Position numbers and translations under genes: made by a program. A stretch of DNA of 64,000 nt from a bacterium (GTDB lineage: Bacteria > Patescibacteriota > Microgenomatia > UBA1406 > GWC2-37-13), in the NCBI GenBank assembly GCA_043821785.1, contig JBDRCK010000037.1:17820-81819 (forward strand), written 5' to 3'. The notes under the pieces are model-generated. The model did not search any database, had not been told where the DNA came from, and saw nothing but the letters and a program-made list of their open reading frames with translations. Every line of letters begins with the position of its first letter. The first letter of the stretch is position 1. Shown here piece after piece: positions 9,667 through 17,315 of the stretch.

Positions 9667-12627
9667 ATGCTTAAAAAAGTGATAGGACAATTTGATTTTA
9701 TTGAAATGGAGAAGAAGTGGTTAAATTATTGGAAAGATAATGGAATAGTTAAAAAATATCTTAATAAAAATAATGCTTCAAAACATTATTTTTCATTTAT
9801 GGATGGTCCAATTACTGCCAATAATCCAATGGGAGTTCATCATGCATGGGGTAGAACATATAAAGATTTATGGCAAAAGTTCTACACTTTAAAAGGATAT
9901 AAGCAAAGATATCAAAGCGGTTTTGATTGTCAAGGATTGTGGGTAGAGGTTGAGGTTGAAAAAGAATTAAAGTTAAAAAGTAAGCAGGATATTGAAGATC
10001 TAATAGTAGGCGATAAAAAAGCTTCTATTGCAAAATTTGTAGATCTATGTAAGAAGCGAGTATATAAATATTCAAATATTCAAAAAGAACAGTCTGAGAG
10101 ACTCGCTTACTTTATGGACTGGGATAATTCATATTTTACGATGAGTGATGAAAATAATTATCTTATTTGGCTTTTTTTAAAAAAATGTTATGAAAATGGT
10201 TGGATATATAAAGGTCATGAATCTGTTCCGTGGTGTCCTAGATGTCAAACAGCAATATCCCAACACGAAATGCTCACAGAAGATTATAAAGAATTGGTAC
10301 ACGAATCAATTATTTTAGAATTTCCATTACAAGACAAAAAAAACGAGTATTTATTAGTTTGGACTACAACTCCATGGACTATTCCTGCAAATATAGCAGT
10401 TGCAGTAGATAAAGATATCAAATACTGCTTAATAGAAGGTAATTCCGGAGATTTATTTTGGCTTGCAGAAGAGACTTTGGAAAGAGTGTTTAAAGAAGGA
10501 TATAAAAGAATTGTAAAAAGAGTTAAGGGAAAAAAGCTAGTCGGGCTTAGATATAAAGGTCCTTTTGACGATTTACCCGCAGTTAAAGATGTTTTGATTA
10601 AAAATCAAGATAATTTTCATATTGTATTTGAAACAGATCCAAAAATACTACCTATTAATACAGAAGAAGGTACTGGGTTGGTTCACACAGCAGTTTCAGC
10701 TGGTACTGAAGATTTTAAAATGGGTAAAAAAATTGGCCTTCCGATGATTCCTGTTTTAGCAGACAACGCAGATTATTTAGACAATCTGGGATTTTTAACA
10801 GGAAAAAATGCTAAGAAAAATCCAAAAATTATTTTAGATTATTTACGAGAAAAAGAACAAAACAACGAAAATTTCGTATTTGACATATTTAACTATAAAC
10901 ATAGGTACCCGGCATGTTGGAGATGCAAGACAGAACTTGTCTGGAAAGTTGCAGACGAGTGGTATATCGCGATGGATCTTTCTTCGAAATCAAATGAAAA
11001 AAATAAAAATAAAACTTTAAGACAGAGAATGATTGAAGTAGCTAAAAAAATAAATTGGCTACCTGCTTTTGGATTAGATAGAGAACTGGATTGGTTAAGT
11101 AACATGAGTGATTGGCTTATAAGTAAAAAAAATAGATATTGGGGGTTAGCGTTACCGATTTATGTTTGTAAAAAATGTAATAATTTTGAAATTTTAGGAT
11201 CGAAAGAAGAGCTTCAGAAGAGAGCTATAAAAGGTTGGAATACTTTTGAAGGAAACACACCTCACAAACCGTATATTGATGAAGTAATAATATATTGTAA
11301 AAAATGTGGAGGAGAGGCGAGTAGAGTAGAAGATGTGGGAAACCCTTGGCTTGATGCTGGAATAGTCCCTTTTTCGACAATTTCAAAAGATAATGATGGT
11401 ATTCCTCTATATTTAAAAGATAAAAAGACTTGGGAAAAATGGTTTCCTGCTGACTTTATAACAGAGTCATTTCCAGGTCAGTTTAAAAATTGGTTTTATT
11501 CATTAATTGCAACATCTACCGTATTAGAAGATACAAATTCTTTTAAGACAGTTTTAGGTTTTGGAACATTATTAGGAGAGAATGGTCAACCAATGCATAA
11601 AAGTTGGGGAAACGCTATTGAGTTTAATGAGGGAGCGGATAAAATAGGTGTTGACGTAATGAGATGGATGTATTTAAGGTCAAATCCTTCTGATAATTTA
11701 TTATTTGGATATAAACATGCGGATGAGATAAAAAGAAGGTTTTATCTTATTTTGTGGAATATCTATAAATACTTTATCGATTATGTTTTCTTGGAAAAAG
11801 TTGATATAAAAGCATTGGAACAAGTAAATTCAAACAATATTTTAGATAAATGGATATTGAGTAGATTTGCGAATACACAAAAAGTAGTTGATGAATCTTT
11901 AGTTAAATTTAATGCACAAACAGCAAGTAGTTCCATTGAAATTTTTATAAATGACATTTCAACATGGTACATTAGAAGAAGCAGAAATAGGTTGTGGAAA
12001 AACTCTGAAAATTGCAAAGATAAAAATTTCTTTTATGAAACTCTTTATTTTATATTAAAGAATTTGTCCTTAGTTTTAGTACCGTTTTTACCATTTATTT
12101 CTGAAGAAATTTATTCAAATTTAACAGATGGATTATCAGCTCACCTCTCAGATTGGCCTGAAAATAATCATAAATTTATTGATAATAATTTAGAGGTAGA
12201 TATGAATTTAGTTAGAAAAATCGCTGAAAAAGGACATTCTGAAAGAAAAAGTGTAAATATAGCATTAAGACAACCATTAAGTTCTGCAGTAATAGAAATA
12301 CCTACCGATATTTCAGAAAAAAATTTACATGAATTAAAACAAATAATATTAGAAGAGCTTAATTTAAAAAAAATTAATTTAAAAACGGGAAAAGAAATAA
12401 AAGTTATATTAAATACAAAAATAACTTTAGAACTTAAAGAAGAAGGTGAGGTAAGAAATATTATAAGAAAAATTCAATCAGAAAGAAAAAATCTTGGAAT
12501 AAAACCAAATGAGTATATAAATGTCCAAATTGATTATTGGCCAAAAAAGCTAGAAAATGAAATCAAGAAAAAATCTTTAATAAAAAAAATCGAAGAAAAC
12601 GTAAAATTTAAAGTAATTAAGGCTTGA
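9667..12627 (+). CDS. ileS: Isoleucyl-tRNA synthetase (Thermus/eukaryote-like type 2 architecture)
   Basis: WTTTPWTIPAN editing-domain motif, WCPRCQTAISQHE Zn knuckle, and GFDCQGLWVEVEVEK, which resembles GWDTHGLPVELEVEK of type 2 IleRS. The HIGH and KMSKS regions are divergent. Confidence 0.88.
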   Translation: MLKKVIGQFDFIEMEKKWLNYWKDNGIVKKYLNKNNASKHYFSFMDGPITANNPMGVHHAWGRTYKDLWQKFYTLKGYKQRYQSGFDCQGLWVEVEVEKELKLKSKQDIEDLIVGDKKASIAKFVDLCKKRVYKYSNIQKEQSERLAYFMDWDNSYFTMSDENNYLIWLFLKKCYENGWIYKGHESVPWCPRCQTAISQHEMLTEDYKELVHESIILEFPLQDKKNEYLLVWTTTPWTIPANIAVAVDKDIKYCLIEGNSGDLFWLAEETLERVFKEGYKRIVKRVKGKKLVGLRYKGPFDDLPAVKDVLIKNQDNFHIVFETDPKILPINTEEGTGLVHTAVSAGTEDFKMGKKIGLPMIPVLADNADYLDNLGFLTGKNAKKNPKIILDYLREKEQNNENFVFDIFNYKHRYPACWRCKTELVWKVADEWYIAMDLSSKSNEKNKNKTLRQRMIEVAKKINWLPAFGLDRELDWLSNMSDWLISKKNRYWGLALPIYVCKKCNNFEILGSKEELQKRAIKGWNTFEGNTPHKPYIDEVIIYCKKCGGEASRVEDVGNPWLDAGIVPFSTISKDNDGIPLYLKDKKTWEKWFPADFITESFPGQFKNWFYSLIATSTVLEDTNSFKTVLGFGTLLGENGQPMHKSWGNAIEFNEGADKIGVDVMRWMYLRSNPSDNLLFGYKHADEIKRRFYLILWNIYKYFIDYVFLEKVDIKALEQVNSNNILDKWILSRFANTQKVVDESLVKFNAQTASSSIEIFINDISTWYIRRSRNRLWKNSENCKDKNFFYETLYFILKNLSLVLVPFLPFISEEIYSNLTDGLSAHLSDWPENNHKFIDNNLEVDMNLVRKIAEKGHSERKSVNIALRQPLSSAVIEIPTDISEKNLHELKQIILEELNLKKINLKTGKEIKVILNTKITLELKEEGEVRNIIRKIQSERKNLGIKPNEYINVQIDYWPKKLENEIKKKSLIKKIEENVKFKVIKA

Positions 12628-12631
12628 TTTT

Positions 12632-13678
12632 ATGACAACTATTCTTGTCTCTAGCTTTTTATTAAACATTTTTTCCTTTTTTAATCTTTTAGGCATTAAT
12701 AAAACTTTTGCCTTTGCGCAATTAAGTTTTTTTATTATAGCTTTAATCATATTTGTCATAGGCAAAATATTAGGAATAGAATATTTTAAAAAAAACTACA
12801 AATTTTTTTACTGGATGTTTATTTTTCTTCTCCTTTTTACTTTTATAATCGGTGATGTTATTAGAGGGTCTAAAAGATGGATAAGTCTTTATTTTTTTAA
12901 TTTTCAGCCATCTGAATTTTTTAAAATCTTCTTTATTATTTTTTTATCAAAAATAATAAGTCAAAATGAAAACGATATTGAGAAACGCAGTTTTGTTATT
13001 AAAATTTTATTGTATTTAGCACTACCCTTTTTTATTGTTTTTAAACAACCTGATTTAGGAAACGCACTATCATATATAGCCATAATGGTGCTAATACTTT
13101 TATTTTCTAAAATACCTAAAAAATATATTTTTAATTTATTTTTAATTTTTATTTTAATTTTACCATTAGGATGGAACATTTTAAAAGATTATCAAAAAAA
13201 CCGTGTAGTGAGTTTTTTTATTGCTCAAGAAGGTACTCAAGGCTCAAATTACAATATGATTCAGTCTAAAATTGCAGCAGGGTCTGGAAAGTTTCTTGGT
13301 AGAGGTTTAGGCTACGGTACTCAATCAAAACTTTTCTTTTTACCTGAAAGTCATACTGATTTCGCGTTTTCATCTTTAACTGAACAGTTTGGTTTTATAG
13401 GCGGATTTTTAATTATTTTGTTATATTTTTTAATTTGTATAAATCTTATAAAAATTATTATGAAATTTTATTTAAGAGGAACAAGTGAAGATAGGTTTTA
13501 TCTATATTATTGTGTAGGTTTGCTTGGCTATTTGTCTTTTCAAATCTTTGTAAATATAGCGATGAATTTAGGCTCTTTTCCAATTACAGGAGTATCTCTA
13601 CCTATAATTTCCTACGGAGGCTCATCTCTGTTAACATTTGCACTTGGAATTGCGCTTCTACCAAGTAATAAGGTATAA
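12632..13678 (+). CDS. rodA: SEDS-family peptidoglycan polymerase, second paralogue (RodA-like)
   Basis: SKRWISL..FQPSEFFK, QPDLGNA, PESHTDFAFS and PIISYGGSS motifs; polytopic. Confidence 0.8.
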   Translation: MTTILVSSFLLNIFSFFNLLGINKTFAFAQLSFFIIALIIFVIGKILGIEYFKKNYKFFYWMFIFLLLFTFIIGDVIRGSKRWISLYFFNFQPSEFFKIFFIIFLSKIISQNENDIEKRSFVIKILLYLALPFFIVFKQPDLGNALSYIAIMVLILLFSKIPKKYIFNLFLIFILILPLGWNILKDYQKNRVVSFFIAQEGTQGSNYNMIQSKIAAGSGKFLGRGLGYGTQSKLFFLPESHTDFAFSSLTEQFGFIGGFLIILLYFLICINLIKIIMKFYLRGTSEDRFYLYYCVGLLGYLSFQIFVNIAMNLGSFPITGVSLPIISYGGSSLLTFALGIALLPSNKV

Positions 13679-13685
13679 TTGCCCT

Positions 13686-13997
13686 ATGTCAAAATTAGCA
13701 GTAATTAAAGCTGCAGGTAAGCAATATTTAGTTAAAACAGGGGATGAAATTTTAGTAGATAGGTTAGATATTAAGGAAGACACTCAGATTTTGCTTGATA
13801 CGCTAGCTTCTTTTGATGATGATAAATGTTCTTTAAAAATAGGGAATCCTTTAATAAACACAAAAGTTAAGGCTAAAGTACTTGAACATTTAAAAGGGTA
13901 TAAATTACATATCCTAAAATTTAAATCTAAAGTTAGATATGCAAAAAGAAAAGGTTTTCGACATTTTTTATCAAAAGTTAAAATTTTAAGCTTTTAA
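13686..13997 (+). CDS. rplU: 50S ribosomal protein L21
   Basis: MSKLAVIKAAGKQYLVKTGD start at the ATG at 13686 (the listed 13638 start overlaps rodA); followed by rpmA. Confidence 0.9.
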   Translation: MSKLAVIKAAGKQYLVKTGDEILVDRLDIKEDTQILLDTLASFDDDKCSLKIGNPLINTKVKAKVLEHLKGYKLHILKFKSKVRYAKRKGFRHFLSKVKILSF

Positions 13998-14002
13998 TAT
14001 AG

Positions 14003-14248
14003 ATGGCACATACAAAATCGCAAAAAGCTGCTGCAGGAAATAGAGATTCTAGATCAAAAAGACTAGGTGTAAAAATTTATGGAGGAGAAAAAATTAAAGC
14101 GGGAAATATAGTTTTAAAGCAAAAAGGTTCTAAATTTTACGCAGGAGACGGTGTAAAGTTATCTAAAGATTTTACTTTAGTAGCTTTAAAAGAAGGGATT
14201 GTTGAATTTAGAAAAATTAGAGGAAAGCAATACGTCTTCGTTAATTAA
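14003..14248 (+). CDS. rpmA: 50S ribosomal protein L27
   Basis: MAHTKS..GNRDSRSKRLGVKIYGG..AGNIV.KQKGSKFYAG is a typical L27 pattern. Confidence 0.95.
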   Translation: MAHTKSQKAAAGNRDSRSKRLGVKIYGGEKIKAGNIVLKQKGSKFYAGDGVKLSKDFTLVALKEGIVEFRKIRGKQYVFVN

Positions 14249-14256
14249 CTTACTTT

Positions 14257-14796
14257 ATGAGCGTAGAAATAAAAAGTTTATACGACAATTTCAAGTTCGA
14301 AACTGATCATTTTAAAAAGGCAGAAATACTTCACATTCTGTCTAAAGAAAAAGGAATTGGTTTTTCTGAAATAGGAAAAAACATTAATTTGAGTCCGTCG
14401 TATATAAGTCACATTCTTCGTTTACTTAAACTTCCAGATCTAATTGTTGACGGCTATTATTCAAAGCTTATTGCTGTTACTCATTTGTATATAATCTCAA
14501 GACTATCTACGCACAAAGAAATGATTGAAGTTTATGAAACTGTATTAACAAAAAACCTCACTACTTTAGAAACCGATGAAATTGTTAGACAAAAATTATT
14601 TGGAATTAAATCAGAAGGTCAATATATGACAAACGAAGAAAAACAGCATCTGGGAGATAAGATAACGCAAATTGTAGATGGTAAATCAAAAATTGTGCAA
14701 TCTAGAATTAATAGCAAATTAACTATAACGATTAAGGGTAGTTTAAAAGAAACAACTGAAAAATTAAGAAAACTTTTTAAGGTATTCTCAAATTAA
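14257..14796 (+). CDS. ParB/Spo0J-like HTH domain protein lacking the N-terminal ParB (CTPase) box
   Basis: GFSEIGKNINLSPSYISHILRLLKLPDLI matches the ParB HTH plus LRLL.LP motif. No GERRxRA-type N-terminal motif was seen. Confidence 0.5.
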   Translation: MSVEIKSLYDNFKFETDHFKKAEILHILSKEKGIGFSEIGKNINLSPSYISHILRLLKLPDLIVDGYYSKLIAVTHLYIISRLSTHKEMIEVYETVLTKNLTTLETDEIVRQKLFGIKSEGQYMTNEEKQHLGDKITQIVDGKSKIVQSRINSKLTITIKGSLKETTEKLRKLFKVFSN

Positions 14797-15350
14797 TAAC
14801 TAGGTAGATAAAAAGCGCCAACTTTGTTTAAAGGATAATATCTATAAAACACTTGACCAATAAGGCTTGATATAGGAATAGGTCCAAAAATTCTTGAGTC
14901 AGAAGATACCTCTCGGTGATCACCCATTATAAATACATGGTCTTGAGGAACAATAATAGGAACACCTTCTTTAAGAAATGCATTGTTTGGGGTTGGAGTA
15001 TATTGATTTATATAATTTTCCTGAATTATTTGATTATTTAGATAAACTTTATTGTCTGATATCATTATTTCGTCTCCAGCAAGACCAATTATACGTTTGA
15101 TAAATTCAATATCTGGATTTTCAGGTGATCTAAATACGACAATATCTCCCCGTTCCATGTCTCGAAATTTATAAGTAATTTTACTTGTAAATATATAATC
15201 GCCTTCGTTAAGACTTGGGTACATTGAGGAACCCTTTACTTGATTAGGTTGCATTATAAAAAGGTAAATTACTATAAAAATCGAGCCTACAAATGCTATA
15301 GTTTCAAGAATTTCTATTACGAAATCAATTGTTTTTTTTACGAAGCCCAT
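14793..15350 (-). CDS. lepB: Signal peptidase I
   Basis: N-terminal TM, GSSMYPSL (catalytic Ser box), KRIIGLAGD (Lys box), GDHREVSSDSR box E. Confidence 0.9.
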   Translation of the reverse strand: MGFVKKTIDFVIEILETIAFVGSIFIVIYLFIMQPNQVKGSSMYPSLNEGDYIFTSKITYKFRDMERGDIVVFRSPENPDIEFIKRIIGLAGDEIMISDNKVYLNNQIIQENYINQYTPTPNNAFLKEGVPIIVPQDHVFIMGDHREVSSDSRIFGPIPISSLIGQVFYRYYPLNKVGAFYLPSY

Positions 15351-15352
15351 AA

Positions 15353-15404
15353 GTATTTAGTATAGCAATGTAAAAAGTAAAATGTAATAAGTAATAAGTA
15401 TGAA
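15353..15404 (-). repeat. Tandem heptamer array B. On the lepB strand it reads TTCATAC TTATTAC TTATTAC ATTTTAC TTTTTAC, then a 3-nt register shift, ..GCTATAC TAAATAC TT, then the ATG
   Basis: On the plus strand: GTATTTA GTATAGC aat GTAAAAA GTAAAAT GTAATAA GTAATAA GTATGAA. Shares TATACTAAATACT with array E. Confidence 0.6.
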
Positions 15405-15445
15405 GCAAATTCTTAATAATAAATTCCAAAATACAAATAAATTAC

Positions 15446-15488
15446 AAGCATAAAACGCTTAAAATTTAAAACTTATAATTTTATGCTT
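15446..15488. other. 10-bp inverted repeat (AAGCATAAAA ... TTTTATGCTT) with a 23-nt spacer in the lepB/tRNA-Val divergent intergenic region
   Basis: Read directly from the sequence; function unknown. Confidence 0.4.
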
Positions 15489-15521
15489 ATTTGTTATTTG
15501 TGATTTTAGTTTTGTGATTTA
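15487..15521 (+). repeat. Tandem heptamers TTATTTG TTATTTG TGATTTT AGTTTTG TGATTTA
   Basis: Read directly from the sequence; 7-nt register. Confidence 0.5.
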
Positions 15522-15573
15522 AAACTCGCTAAAACCCATTAAATCGTTAACTAAACAATGAATAATAAGTACG

Positions 15574-15608
15574 TTTATACACAATACTGCATACTGTATA
15601 CTTTATAT
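15574..15608 (+). repeat. Tandem heptamer array C (TTTATAC ACAATAC TGCATAC TGTATAC TTTATAT), ending 6 nt before tRNA-Val
   Basis: Read directly from the sequence. ATAC recurs at an exact 7-nt spacing. The last units contain the -10-like hexamers TATACT and TATATT. Confidence 0.6.
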
Positions 15609-15614
15609 TGATCT

Positions 15615-15687
15615 GGCCGATTAGCTCAATGGTTAGAGCGCCTCATTCACATTGAGGAGGTTGAGGGTTCAAGTCCTTCATCGGCCA
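15615..15687 (+). tRNA. tRNA-Val (anticodon CAC)
   Basis: Manual cloverleaf: acceptor GGCCGAT/ATCGGCC, D arm GCTC-AATGGTTA-GAGC, anticodon arm CCTCA-TTCACAT-TGAGG, T arm GAGGG-TTCAAGT-CCTTC, discriminator A. CCA is not encoded. Confidence 0.85.
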
Positions 15688-15772
15688 CAGTAGTGGTTTC
15701 CTGCGAAGCAGATAAATTTTATAAATATAGCCTATAGTTGATATTTAGCCTTGAATGACTTAAAATTCATTG

Positions 15773-16624
15773 ATGACAGAAAGATTTTCTCCTGTTCAAT
15801 CTACAGGTTTTGAAACGCAAAAAAATGGGTGTTTTACAGATGTTATTATGCCAAATGGTCATGTAAGAATTATTTATAGCATGCATGGCAGATTGACCGA
15901 TCCGTCTTATATTCCCTTATTAACAAACGGTGTCTTTTTAGAGGAAACAGTAGTTCCAAAAACTATATGTGCTTTAAATGAAATTCTAGATGGGCATAGT
16001 CAGTTTTCAAAAGTAAAAAGTTTTGCACAACAAAGTAATTTACCATTAATATTTGGAGACGTTAATAGGAAGATTACCTTAGAAGCAGCCCATACAGCTT
16101 CAGAAGTGTTAAATTATCTTAAAATAGTCTCACCACTTTTGGTTTCTGGAATTTCTTCTGCACCAATTCCTGAATCAATATTAATAACCTCGCCTTTATT
16201 ATTGGATTCTTTAGCGCAATACATACCATTTGTGTTTAAAAAATCTACTGAAGACTCAGATTTACTTGCTAAAGTATATAGGATAGCGTCAAGAGCAGTA
16301 CCATATCGAAGGCCATATGTTTTAAGACTTAGAAATGCTTTGTGGGCTACGAAAATTAAATGGGCACTTGATAACGGTTTAGGTAGTCATTTTACTAGCA
16401 TAGTGGGTCCTGCACATGTTGGATTAGAGGATTATCTAAAAAAATTATCAGAAGAAAAAGAAGCAAGGATTTTACAAAATACTTCAGCTATCTGGCCATT
16501 GTTTGCTGAACTTGAATCTTACTATACGTTAAGAATATTTAGCCAAACAAAACCACAAGGACCTTATGATAATATTAAAGAATATGAGATTCCAGAGTTA
16601 AAAGCTATTGCATTAAGCGCTTAA
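15773..16624 (+). CDS. Hypothetical protein; tentative TraB/GumN/TIKI-like fold
   Basis: Long ORF with amino-acid composition atypical for this window (fewer K/N/I runs). IIYSMHG ... VFLEE near the N-terminus and IVGPAHVGLEDYLKKL near the C-terminus resemble the GxxH...E...GxxHxxG pattern of PF01963-type proteins. The functional call is low confidence; the ATG at 15773 follows the listed TTG at 15770. Confidence 0.55.
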   Translation: MTERFSPVQSTGFETQKNGCFTDVIMPNGHVRIIYSMHGRLTDPSYIPLLTNGVFLEETVVPKTICALNEILDGHSQFSKVKSFAQQSNLPLIFGDVNRKITLEAAHTASEVLNYLKIVSPLLVSGISSAPIPESILITSPLLLDSLAQYIPFVFKKSTEDSDLLAKVYRIASRAVPYRRPYVLRLRNALWATKIKWALDNGLGSHFTSIVGPAHVGLEDYLKKLSEEKEARILQNTSAIWPLFAELESYYTLRIFSQTKPQGPYDNIKEYEIPELKAIALSA

Positions 16625-16751
16625 TTAACTACTTTAAAGATACAAACTATTTTATAAAGCTCTATTTAAGATTTTTGTATTTCTATTTAAATGTAATATC
16701 TACATGATTTATCTTGTTTTGACAGCCTTTTTAATATAATACCTCAATATT

Positions 16752-17285
16752 ATGGGAAAAGAATATGGAGTGAGGTCAGAAAGCCCAAATGGACATGTAA
16801 AAAGAGTAAGAGCAAAAGATGAAGTAGCTTTACAAACTAGATTTGGAGCTCAAAAAGTAAAGATTCCTTTAGAATTTGTTGAACAACTTTCAACACAACC
16901 CGATTTAGTAGGTCCGTCTGTAAATAGCGAGTCTTTGCTTTGTCAATGTAACCATTTTTCTGTAGAGTTAAGCGCTGGACTTATAGATATCGAAATCGAT
17001 GCAAAAGTGGTTGTAAGTAATAAATCACTTCATCCTTTTAAATCCATTCATATTTATATTACAGTTGGAGAAGGTAATAAAGAAGTTGTTATCGGTCCAA
17101 TAATTGGACAATTTTTATTGGGTTATAATCATGTTTTTGTAGGTTCTAGGAAGCAGTTAAAACAATTAATGATTGATTATTTTCAAAAGGGTACTCAAAG
17201 TTATCGAAGATTATATACTACAAATTCGCCTTTAGAGTATTTTGAAACAATTTGGGGATCATGTTCAAGACTACGATACGAATAA
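16752..17285 (+). CDS. Hypothetical cytoplasmic protein (177 aa), no recognisable motif
   Basis: ORF with non-local composition. Shares a PNGHV(K/R) N-terminal motif with the upstream gene, matching it at 15/16 nt at the DNA level. Confidence 0.5.
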   Translation: MGKEYGVRSESPNGHVKRVRAKDEVALQTRFGAQKVKIPLEFVEQLSTQPDLVGPSVNSESLLCQCNHFSVELSAGLIDIEIDAKVVVSNKSLHPFKSIHIYITVGEGNKEVVIGPIIGQFLLGYNHVFVGSRKQLKQLMIDYFQKGTQSYRRLYTTNSPLEYFETIWGSCSRLRYE

Positions 17286-17315
17286 AATAATTTATCATAA
17301 GCTTATTTTTGGAAT

